A DNA stretch of 64,000 bases from the human T2T-CHM13v2.0 reference genome, Homo sapiens. A program made the translations under genes and the position numbers. The notes below the pieces were generated by a model. The model saw only the letters and a list, made by a program, of their open reading frames with translations. It was not told where the DNA came from and ran no database searches. Position 1 is the stretch's first letter, and each line of letters begins with the position of its first letter. The stretch lies in the NCBI RefSeq assembly GCF_009914755.1, contig NC_060927.1. One strand, written 5' to 3'. Below, piece after piece: positions 28,190 through 40,552 of the stretch.

Positions 28190-28912
28190 TGAATTTTTTT
28201 TTAAGACCCAACAGTATGCTGCCTACAAGAGTCACCTCACTTTTAAGGACACCCATAGACTGAAAGTGAAAAGTTGGAAAAAGATACTCCATGCAAATAG
28301 AAACCAAAAGAAAGCAGGGATAGCTAAACTTATATCAGACAAAATAGACTTTAAGTCAAAAACTGTAAAAAGAGACATTATATAATGATAAGAGCATCAA
28401 TTCATCAAGAGGATATAACAGTTATATATGCACCCAACATTGAAACACCTAAATACATAAAATATTGAAGGATCTGAAGGGAGGGATAAATTGCAATACA
28501 ATAATAGTAGGAGACTTTAATACTCTACAGATAATCCAGACAGAAAATTAATAAACATTGGGCTTGAACAATACTGTAGACCAAATGGACCTAACTGACG
28601 TTTCATCCAACAGCAACTGTATACACATCCTTCTCAAGCATACATGGAACATTCTCCAGGATAGATCAAATGTTAAGGCACAACACAAGCCTCAGCAAAT
28701 TTTAGAAGCCTGAAATTATATCAAGTATCTTTTCAGACCACAGTGTTAAGAAACTAGAAATCAATGCCAGAAGGAATTTTGGAAAATTCACGAATACATG
28801 GAAATAAAAAACATACTTCTGAACAACAAATGGGTCAGTGAAGAAATTAAATGGAAATTAAAAAATATTTTGAGGCAAATGGAAACACAACTTATTAAAA
28901 TGTATGGGATAC

Positions 28913-29252
<340 letters not shown>

Positions 29253-30699
29253 CTAAAAGCAAAGTTTAAAGCAATAAACACCTACATCAAAAAGCAAGAG
29301 AGATCCCAACGTAACATTATACCTCACGGAACTGGGGGGAGGGAGAAACTAAGCCCAAAGTTAGCAGAAGGAAGGAAACAAGATGAAAACAGAAATAATT
29401 GAAGGAGACTAGAAAAACAGTACAAAGATCAACAAAACTAAGAGTTGTTTTTCTGAAAAGATAAAAATCAACAAATCTTTAGTTACACCAAGAAGACACA
29501 AAATCAGAAAAAAAGATTACAGCAAATACCCCAGAAATACACAGGAACATTTGAGACTATTAGGAACAAATATATGCCAACAAATTGGATAACCTAGAAG
29601 AAATGTATAAATTTCTAGATACATGCAACTTATCAAGACTGAAGAAATAGAAAATCCAACAGACCAATGGGTAAGGAGATGAAATCAATAAGTTTTCCAT
29701 CAAAGAAAACCCTAGGGCCTGATGGCTTCATGGCTGAACTCTACCAAATATTTAAAGAACTAATACCAATCCTTCTCAGATTCTTTCAAAAAGGTAAATG
29801 AGGAGGGAATACTTCCAAACTCTTTTTTGCAAGGCCAGCATCATCCTCATATCAAAGGCAGGCAAGGCCATTACAAATAATAATAATAATAAATTACAGG
29901 CCAATATCCTTTATGAACATAGATGTAAAAATCCCCAGTATAATGCTAGCAAACCCAATTCAACAACACATTAAAGGATCATCCACCATGATCAAGTAGG
30001 ATTTATCCCTGGGACGCAAGGATGATTCAGCATACCCAAATCGACAAATGTGATACATCATTAACAGAATGAAGGCCAAAAACCATATAATTATCTCATT
30101 AGATGCAAAGAAAGTGTTTGACAAAATTGACAAGTTTATTGCTGGGTTATTTTTCAGTTCTAAATAGCAATAATAATAATAGCTAACTCCTACTGTGCAC
30201 TAACTTCATGCCAGGTGTGTTTTAAGCACTTCACAGGTATTAACTCAGTACTACTCAGATAGAGTTCCGTTAATTTTATTTTCTTTTTTAATTATCAGCC
30301 AAATCGCTTATTGATTTGGTTTCATTTCTGCTATTTTTTTCTTTGTCTGTCCATTGACTCTAAGCCATAAATTTTTATGCAATTTTAATCTGATTATCAT
30401 TTCCTCTTAAGTTTTTTGAGGATTGGTTTCATTTTGCTAGAAGAACCTTGTGAGACCTTCTTCCTCCATTCCCCTTCAAAGACTCTTGTTAGTTTCAGTC
30501 AACCAAAATGTGATAATGTCTAAGTAAACTGGTCATTTTCAAGTTTCTGTAACAGTAAGCCTCTTGATGATTATGTTAATGTTAACAAATAGGAAGAAAA
30601 CATCCCAGATTCTTAATAGAAGAAATCAGTTTTGTCATACAGAGATGAAAACTCAAGACAGACCACCAAATTATTTAAATGTTAGTTTGTGATAAAGTG

Positions 30700-31510
30700 G
30701 GCTACATCCAAAAAAAATTCCTCAAGAAAACAAGTAGGCATGCCACAAAACTGGGAGAAAATATTCTCAACACATATATCTGGCTAAGGACTTAGATCCA
30801 GATCACATAACAAGGCCCTGCAAATTAATAAAAGTCAAGCGAATTGCAAATTAAAGATAGGCAAAAGACTTGTACATATTATTCACAGAAGAAGGTACAT
30901 GAACAACCAGTAAGCATGTGAAAAGATGCGCAGCATCTTTCAGCATCACAGAAATGCAGTCGTGGTACCATTCGCACCCTCTAGGATAGCTAAAATAGAA
31001 AAGACTGACGATCAATGTTGAAGAGGATGTGGTGCAACTCAGACTCTCGTGCGCAAAGGGATCCAATCTCTTGAGAAAACTGTTTCTTGTGAAGTTAACT
31101 ACAGAACTACTCTGTGACCCAGCACTTCCTTGTATTTACCCAGAAAAATAACTTAAGTTCTCAAAATTTGAACAAAAACATTCATAACATTCTTATTAAT
31201 AGCATTTTTATTATACGAAACCTCCAAACTGGAAATAACCCGAATGTCCATCGAAAAGAAAATGGAGGAATTAAGGTATAGTTATAAGGAACTACTACCG
31301 AATAGCTCGATAACATGAGTGAATCTCATAGGCACAAGGGAGTGTGTTCTGCATGATTCCATTTATATGAACTCCTAGTATAAGCAAAATTAATTACAGA
31401 ATTAGAAGTCATTATAGTGTCTACCTCTTGGGGTGGAGGTGGGATATCTTGAGGGGATGCGTTTGTAATGTATCCAGTTGTCAAAAAATCATCCTGCTGG
31501 AAAATTTACA
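30700..31510 (+). mobile_element. Ancient L1M (L1ME-like) 3' fragment
   Basis: ccaaactggaaataacccgaatgtccatc and tgcatgattccatttatatgaa are typical old L1 3' motifs. Confidence 0.7.
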
Positions 31511-31621
31511 TTTTGTTTGCTCAGTTTTTAATTGTTTCCATTTTAGAATGTTAACTTTGTTCTTGGGACCAAAAACATAGACCTATTTGTATTATGACAT
31601 CTTCTGATTTATAGTCTAAAT

Positions 31622-31947
31622 CAGGGGTCCCCAACCCCCAGGCCGGGTACCAGTACTGGTGAGTGGCCTATTAGGAACCAGGCCGCACAGCAGGAAGTGA
31701 TTGACAAGCAGGAACGTTACTGCCTGAGCTCTGCCTCCTGTCAGATCAGTAAGGCATTAGATTCCCACAGAAGCATGAACCGTATTGTGAACTGTGTATA
31801 CGAGGGATCTAGGTTGTGCACTCCTTATGCGGATCTAACACCTGATGACCTGAGGTGGAACAATTTCACTTTGAAACTACCCCTGTCCGTGGAAAACTTG
31901 TCCTCCACAAAACCAGTCCCTGGTGCCCAAAAGGTTGGGGACCGCTG
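31622..31947 (+). mobile_element. MER1B-like hAT-Charlie DNA transposon
   Basis: TIRs caggggtccccaacc / ggttggggaccgctg; 8-bp TSD-like gtctaaat / acctaaat; 326 bp. Confidence 0.85.
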
Positions 31948-32259
31948 ACCTAAATTATTAAAATTTAGTGAGATGCATCCTTACTACTTAAAATGTCAGC
32001 TGCATTTCTAGTCAGTGCCTTATCTCCTTCTGTCAAAGTTCGAGTCACTGGATTTTATATTGTTTCATTCAAAGTGTGTTGGAATACCCTTTTTATGGTT
32101 GGAATACAGATTGAGAGAAGTACATTTTTATATCATCTTTGTTATAAGAGTGAATGTGAATATAAACCAAGAGTGAATGGAGTGAATCTAAACCAAGATT
32201 CTTCTAGAGACAACAGTGTTGCTATAAATTAATTAACTAGGACTCTTCTTTTCCTGAAG

Positions 32260-32571
32260 GTGTACAAGGGAGAAGAAGCCACATTCCAAATCTCAGGCCT
32301 CCAGACCAACACAGACTACAGGTTCCGCGTATGTGCGTGTCGTCGCTGTTTAGACACCTCTCAGGAGCTAAGCGGAGCCTTCAGCCCCTCTGCGGCTTTT
32401 GTATTACAACGAAGTGAGGTCATGCTTACAGGGGACATGGGGAGCTTAGATGATCCCAAAATGAAGAGCATGATGCCTACTGATGAACAGTTTGCAGCCA
32501 TCATTGTGCTTGGCTTTGCAACTTTGTCCATTTTATTTGCCTTTATATTACAGTACTTCTTAATGAAGTAA
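32260..32571 (+). CDS. FNDC3B: FNDC3B terminal coding exon: end of last FN3 domain and C-terminal transmembrane (tail) anchor
   Basis: ctcttcttttcctgaag| acceptor. Reads VYKGEEATFQISGLQTNTDYRFRVCA...EQFAAIIVLGFATLSILFAFILQYFLMK* with TAA at 32569-71. The hydrophobic C-terminal helix and sequence are recognised as FNDC3B. The first codon is GTG (Val) after splicing, not a start. Confidence 0.96.
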   Translation: MYKGEEATFQISGLQTNTDYRFRVCACRRCLDTSQELSGAFSPSAAFVLQRSEVMLTGDMGSLDDPKMKSMMPTDEQFAAIIVLGFATLSILFAFILQYFLMK

Positions 32572-33744
32572 ACCCAACAAAACTAGAGGTATGAATTAAT
32601 GCTACACATTTTAATACACACATTTATTCAGATACTCCCCTTTTTAAAGCCCTTTTGTTTTTTGATTTATATACTCTGTTTTACAGATTTAGCTAGAAAA
32701 AAAATGTCAGTGTTTTGGTGCACCTTTTTGAAATGCAAAACTAGGAAAAGGTTAAACTGGATTTTTTTTTTAAAAAAAAAGAAAAAAAAAAGAAGAAAAG
32801 TATACCAGATACCAAAAGCTAGCTTTCTTATGTTTTCCTTTAAATTTTCAGATTTACCTTCATTCTGTTTTCACTGATGTCTTTTGCAAGCCTTTGATTT
32901 TTTTTTTTTGTTACAGTTTAGTAATTTATATTCACCAGTCACTTCTTATGTCTTGAACATCTGTATCTGTAAACATGAATCACCGTGTGTGTACTTACAG
33001 GGCTAGGATTTCAGTGTTGTCAGAGTATTACCACACAGCAACAGCAACATACAGAAGATATGTTCACTCAGATAAGACTGCCCTAAACAACCATTTTGTC
33101 ACTCAGTTATTTAACTGTGTTTAGCTCATTTAAATCAAAATGTGTACTTTAATCTAAAATGTTTTAATAATCTGTATTTCTTATAATTTTAACACTATGA
33201 GCTGCCTATATAAGAAATCAAGTAACCAGAATGCACCTATAAATTATGGAGCATTGTAGATTTTACCACATCAATTCATAGCAGTAACTTTAAGAGGGCA
33301 TTGTGCAATAGTTAGTTGTTTTCTTGTTCAGCTATTTTAAAGGCTGCTTTAACTTGTTTGTTTGTCTTTGTATATAACTACTTCTAATCTAATCACTAGA
33401 GTTATTATATTCTGTTATGTTTGACCAGAATTATATGACAAGAACTGGTGACAGTTTAGTGCCTCTGCCCATTGTCCATGATTTACACTAATTGTGAGCA
33501 GTCTTCTTATGTGTCAGCTCATTATTTTTGAAACATTTGCCTTTAGGCTGTTCTTTGAGGTATCAATGAAGTGATTGAATTTCAATACCTTAATTCAGTG
33601 CACATAATACTAATGTAACAGCAGATGAAAATTGATAAAACCCAAAAGAGAGTCATCTAAATTTGTAGTTCCTATTTCTGTGGGTTTGCCTGGCCATGGT
33701 TGGAGAGGGAATGGTGTTTGATGGTAAACACAGGGTGTTTGGGG

Positions 33745-33875
33745 ATCAAGGAGCCTAGATTCTCTCCCTGGATCTGTCACTAACTTGCTGCGTGACCTGA
33801 ACACGTCACTTTACCTCTCTGTGCCTCAGTTTTCCCATGCATGAAAAATAAAATAAAATAAAACGGGGATTCTAA
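33745..33875 (+). mobile_element. MIR fragment within FNDC3B 3'UTR
   Basis: cactaacttgctgcgtgacctgaacacgtcactttacctctctgtgcctcagttttccc MIR core. Confidence 0.75.
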
Positions 33876-35198
33876 TGTTTGTAAGTGCTTTGAGATCTTT
33901 GACCAACAGGTGCTATTGGAGTGCAAAGTGTTACTCTTACGTGTTTATTTTGAGTCATGAGATAATCAATTTTAACCCAAAGTCATTGGATTATTTATAT
34001 GAAGTCCATAATGTTCGAGTACCTCAGGGACATTTAAGAGTTGGAGGTGCAAATATATTCCAAAAGGGTGCAACAGACACAGTGTATCCCCCTGCTTCTG
34101 TTTTTGTATATTTTTGCTACTTGGTTTTTCTTGATCATAGCTATTTTGTGCTTGATCTTTATTGTCTAAGATGCAGTATCCTGTACTAGCTTATAATATT
34201 CCCATACCAAAGTCATGGGGAAACAAACATTATTTTGTTTTTGGTTTATTTATACTATATTCTGCATACAGTACTTTAAATGCCAATTACAGTGCAATCT
34301 TTATTTATTGTAAAATTTTTTAAGTGTACTTATGTACTAATTTTCCCTTGTAGCATGTTATATTTTTGTGTTTTATACTTTTGTAATTTTAGGTCAGTCT
34401 TGTTCCTTGGCAACATCTGTAGTATTATTAATCTTCTGACATTTTCTTATGTTTTTAAAAAGATAAGAGCATCTAGTGCATTAAATGCCAAAAAAAAAAT
34501 ACATTATCAGTGATTGAAACGTTTACATGTACCCAAAAACCATAATCATCTCTTGGAAGAAAATGCTGAGATCAATGAATTATTCTGTGTGCCTATATTG
34601 ACGTAGTGAGTACTAGAGAGTTCTGTATTTTATTATTGACTATAATAATTAGTTTAATTAGCTTTGCAAACTGATGGCATCAAGGTAAATATATTTTTGC
34701 CAAAGTTCTGGCCTTCCAAAACTCACCCCCTTATTTAAATGTGTGCTATGACCCACTATGACACAGCATCTGCATTTTCTAAAAAATTCCATGCAGGTGT
34801 TTTGGGGAGAGGTATTTTTTAAGCAATGAAAATTCAACTGAGTACAAAGCCCCCTCTTGGGGGGTTGGGGAAGTCTCTTTTTTGAAACACTTCAGAACTG
34901 CTGCTATAAAGAAATTCTCTAATTGGTTGAATTTTTTTTTAAGTAAATAGTACTTTAGGCCAAAATTTATATGAATATTTGATCTTCTTGAGATTTTCAT
35001 ACTATCATTTAACCACCAGGAAGCTGAAGTGTGTGAAGTACAAAGCTGACAGCACTTTATTTTATTGCTCTCCATTATTTGGTATTCATTATATTCCTTC
35101 AGTCAGAAAATTATTACTCTCTATGGCACTGTTTTTTATCACAAATATGTATATGTGATATTGATATATAACTATATATATTGCCATCACACACGAAC

Positions 35199-35209
35199 AA
35201 TAAAATAAA
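35199..35209 (+). terminator. Candidate proximal polyadenylation signal (overlapping AATAAA x2)
   Basis: AATAAAATAAA, with an upstream TGTA at ~35148 and a downstream U-rich tract ctctttgcccttttgctatgtg. Confidence 0.6.
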
Positions 35210-35767
35210 GTGTTCTATTAACCTGATCTCTTTGCCCTTTTGCTATGTGAGGAGTGAATGAGTGGCCTTCTGATGCTCTGACTCTTCTCTGTATGTCAAA
35301 CTCATCCCTGGCACAAGAAATTCCAGTCATGTGAAGCAAACTGCCCTTTGTCCTCAAAGAAATTGTTGAAAAAGAAAACTTTTTAAAGAGATTTTTTGCA
35401 TATTCTCTGCCTTGTTCTTATCAACTTGAAATGTTGGCATTTTCTAACCTTGTTTTGTTGGCTACAATAATTCAGTATTCATGTCAAAATTGAGAAGTGC
35501 CCTAATTGAATGTGTTTGAATGTTATCCTTGCACAATTCTTTAAATTGAAAGATAAAATGTTTTACCTCACTGTTGGACATACATTCCAAGCTTTTCAAC
35601 TCTAGGAGAAAAAGAAAATCATGTTTTCCTGTATTGTAAATTTTAGACTATTTCATATACATTGTATTAAAACTGCCATATCAATTTTAATGTATAGATT
35701 TTGCAAATATTATGCTATATGTAATACCTAACTGTATCTGTAGTGTATATGTAATATATTTATGCCC

Positions 35768-35773
35768 AATAAA
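35768..35773 (+). terminator. Distal polyadenylation signal AATAAA
   Basis: Canonical hexamer preceded by several TGTA motifs (35691-35753) and followed by U/GU-rich sequence (35800-35868). Confidence 0.8.
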
Positions 35774-35820
35774 TGTTTTAATTCTTTCTGACTTAAATAG
35801 GGTTTTTCTGCCATGACTAG

Positions 35821-36312
<492 letters not shown>

Positions 36313-37514
36313 TTATTCTTCCCTTTTAAATACTTAAAGCACATTCAGATTAGTTGAAAATTCACGTGTTTTTGGAGGCCAGGCAGGTGGCCTTCTGCAG
36401 AGACAGCAGCAGCTCAGCTCTTGCTGACCAAGGCCTCGGAAGACTGTGAGCCACAATCACATATGTCCATCTTTCAAAAGAAGCTAAATATCCAGATTTC
36501 CTCCATGGGCCAACTAAAAGGTGATTGTGGACTATACAGGCTGCCAGTTTAATCCTTTATCAGAGTCTCTGTGGATAATGTACCTTGTTGCCTAATACTT
36601 TATCTGTCTACCAAAACTCAGTCCAGATCTCCCTCTGTTCACCTGGCACACTGGGTGCTTCCTCTCCCCTGACGAACTCTATAGAGTGTTCATGTCCTTT
36701 CCTGCAGGTCTCATTCAACAACAACAACAACAACAGCAATAAAACACAGTGTTCCTGCTATGGCCATGGTTTTGTGATTTTAGATTGTCTTAGTAGGAAT
36801 TCCCACTATCTCTTTTATTTTTCAGGAAAATGGGTAAAAAAAACTGTCACTTTATTGAACCTCACTTATATGAAGCATGGTAATTATTCTGGGTAAAGAT
36901 GACAAATTGAGCACATCAAATTTTGAATGCTCCTGACACCACTAAAAGTAAAGGATTTTTTATTTTTTTAAGTCACAACTCAACCCTCAAGACTGGGAAG
37001 AAAGAGGAGTTATTGGCACCAGAATTTTGGAAATATGATCAACAAAACTTAATTCTAATTTGGCAGAGGAGAAAATGAGCATCAGTGTTTTTATTCTCAA
37101 TGCAGGATACCCTAAAGGCTCAAAAATTGACAGCAACATATCCCTTTGAAGTGATAGTGAAGAGAGAGAGGAGGCTAAAATAGTATTGGTTGAAAGCTGT
37201 TTAAAATGCAGTTAGATCAATAAAATCCCTCCCCCTTTTTTTTTTCAGCTGGACAAAAATGTCCCTCCTCCCCACCCACCTCCATCACTCTTGCAGAAGC
37301 CTAGAGGTGTATCCTCAGGAGAAGGTTCAAATAGAAAGTCCCTGGACTGGGAGACACGATCCACAGTTGAGAATGAAGGCACCATATCAAAAGCAAATTA
37401 GTGAACATAGGCTTATGGAAGAACATTACAAAGAGCCTCATGGGCTGGGAACAACAAAAAAGAAATCTAAAAATCTAAAAATCTTCAATGAAATGGTTCA
37501 GCCAGAGCACTCTT

Positions 37515-37670
37515 GGGTAGTACTTTTCAACCTGTACATTAATATCACCTAGAGAGCTTTTCAAAATTCTCGTACCCTACACCAATAAAATGAGTATTGC
37601 AGAGGCATCAGTATTTTTTAACACTCCCCAGGCGCTTTCACTGTGTATATGAAATTGAGAACCATTGCTG
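37515..37670. mobile_element. MER5-like hAT fragment
   Basis: atcacctagagagcttttcaaaatt...catcagtattttttaacactccccagg...ttgagaaccattg. Confidence 0.55.
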
Positions 37671-37719
37671 AAAAGTGAAACTCTCAGTCAGCAATCCCCT
37701 ATCAGCTTTTTAGTCTTTC

Positions 37720-38450
37720 ATCTTAACCAAGGATAACCTGATATCTGATGAAAGTGTCTAACGTGGATGAAAAGCCCAAAACCAACAACTTGGAAGAATC
37801 AGAGACTACATGGAGAAGAAGCTTCAAAAACCTGTCATATCTCCAGAGAGATGAGAAAAGAAAAGGCATCTGTAGAATAAAGATAGACTACTATAGAAAA
37901 GGAACTGTTAACAAGAAAATGTTCTTGGAAATTAAACATTCGGTAGCATGGTTGGAAGCTGAAATTTAGCAAATAACCTGAAAATTTGAGGAAAAAAGAA
38001 AGGAAAAGATTAGGATCAGACCAGGACCATTCAATATCCAAGTAATAGGAACTCCAGAAAGAACAGAAAGTGGAAGAGAGGAAATCGTTAAACACATGAG
38101 TTTCTAGAATAATAGGGTATGGGGACACACAACACAATGGATGAAAATAGGACTTGTACTAAGGCTCGCCATCTTGAAGTTTCAACACTAGAGAACCTCC
38201 CCAACATGAAAAGCTGGTCACATAGAAGGATTGGGAATCAAGCGTGGCGTTAGACATAAGCAGTTGCTTCAAGATTTTGAAAGAAATATAATAGATTTCT
38301 CGCCTGCCTACTCTCAGTCAAGTGTAAGCTACCACGAAGACATTTTTTAAACTGGAAACTCCCACAAGTTTGCCTCTCATGCACCTTTTCTCAGGAAGCT
38401 ACTGGAGGATAAGCTTTCCCATATAAGTGAATGAATCAAAGAAACATCTA
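37720..38450 (+). mobile_element. Ancient L1M ORF1-region fragment
   Basis: aataggaactccagaaagaacaga, atggatgaaaataggac..ctaagg and tctcaggaagctactggaggat resemble degenerate L1M ORF1. Confidence 0.55.
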
Positions 38451-40173
38451 TGAGATTCTGTTTCCAGTGCTTTTTATTTAGGTCAGAAGTTGGCTCTCTG
38501 ACCCTATGCCACGAGAGGATTTATGCAACTATCACGTTCTTACCCTTTCCCCATCCCCAATTGACCTGAGTGCACACATACATTTCCCTAAACAGGAGGA
38601 GTGTAAAAATGAGCCTTTTAAACAAATCTCTCAGGGTATTTTGCCTTGAGCCAATTAAAATCAATAGTTAAATTTGTCTACAGATACCCTTTATTCAGGG
38701 TGACAACTGAAAAATAATTCCCACCTCCACTGCTAGACTAGTACCTCGAAAGCTGGGGGAAGGGAGTGTGTGCATGGGGCAGCAAGCCTCATTTTAACTT
38801 TGCAGCATCTAGCACATTTTCTGGCCCATATTAGAAGCTAAAAAAGATTTGTTGAATTGAACTCACCTAATTTGGTAACCAAAGTTGGCAGAACAGTGAT
38901 GTGATCCATAGACTTGCTGCTTCAACCCATAATCTTTCCCCTCAAGTGTGTTATTTTCAGTGCAATACTTTCTTTTTTAATGAAGTAGTTGTCAATATTT
39001 TAAAATTTGGAAATTTTACATAAAATACTGGAATTCCAGATTCTACTGAAAGTTGGAAGACCTGGCAACTCTAGGTCTTGTTCTGACACGGAGGTTATCC
39101 ATGGAGATGAATATTGGCTGCCTTTGCTGGTTGGGGCATTTTGTTCTGCTCTTGATCACATTTTTCACTAAATCTCTGGCATGGATATGGATGTTATCTT
39201 TTCTGATACCTCCATCAAAGGTGAGTAAACATGGACAGGACATCCACAATGATGGAATGAGGACCTCCATAAATCCACTTCTCCATAAAAACAACAAAAA
39301 CACTAGCAAAAAAGTACCAGAATCAACTTTTCTAGAACTTTGGAAATTAACCGCAGGTTTGCATCCATCTGAACCTTGGTACGAACAGCTGGTTTTGTGG
39401 CATTTTAACTCAATCTGCTCCATCCTAGCTCTCTGAAGCTCCACCGTAGTCTTGGAATCAGCACCCCTGCAGCAAGGAGAGGGAGCATACTCAGTTTGGA
39501 GCTCCTCAAAACGTCTCCTCCCCAGAGCATTGTCACTGTTTATCCTACCGCACAGCTGCCTGGAAAAGGTGCCATTTGTAGGGTGTTATTTAAACTGACT
39601 GGCAGCTGCTCCATGGGAAAAGCCTAATACCCAGGGTACTTGTTGGAAAATAATCAGTGCAGTTGTTTAACCCAGTAGCTGCCTAGGCTGTAGTACCAGT
39701 TGAAGTAAATAAATAGGCTAAAAACTTGAAGATCGGGGGAATGAAATGTCCATAGGAGGCTTTTCAAAGTTCCTGACATGGTCGTGGGGATCTAGCAGAC
39801 CATATGCATGTGCACGGCTGTGCCCGGACTCAGAAGATGGAGAACGCCCCCATCCTTCACTCCTGTCTGTTGTCAAGGTCTTGGCTTAACCAGAATTGTA
39901 AACTTCCTGAGCTTTAAAGGTGTACTTCAACATTCGGAGCCCTTGACAAAGAGTGGAAGATTTATTGGTTCCTGGTATTTAAGGAAATCTGCGAACAGTC
40001 ATTAGAGGACCATTAAGCTGAACAGAGATTACAGTGGCCAGATGCAAAGGAAGAAGTCTGGAACAATACAATCCGAATTCATAACTCGGATTAACCCTAA
40101 TAGGGAGTGGGGAAATGATGGTTAAAGAGTTGTTTGGTCTTAACTAATATTTTAGCCTTATAAATGAAAAATG

Positions 40174-40552
<379 letters not shown>

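Larger units (their letters stand above)
32572..35791 (+). other. FNDC3B: FNDC3B long 3'UTR (~3.2 kb)
   Basis: AU-rich, almost repeat-free sequence after the stop codon, ending shortly after AATAAA at 35768. Repeat density jumps immediately afterwards. The exact cleavage site is inferred. Confidence 0.8.

Noticed and set aside
32599-35075. ORFs within the FNDC3B 3'UTR and stop-codon read-through
   Set aside because: The ORFs are AT-rich random frames. The stop is TAA-A (not a leaky context), with an in-frame TAG five codons later.
39043-39444. Antiparallel 133-aa and 127-aa ORFs
   Set aside because: No recognisable protein or splice structure; they overlap sequence resembling an old L1 5' region, and one starts at a non-ATG codon.
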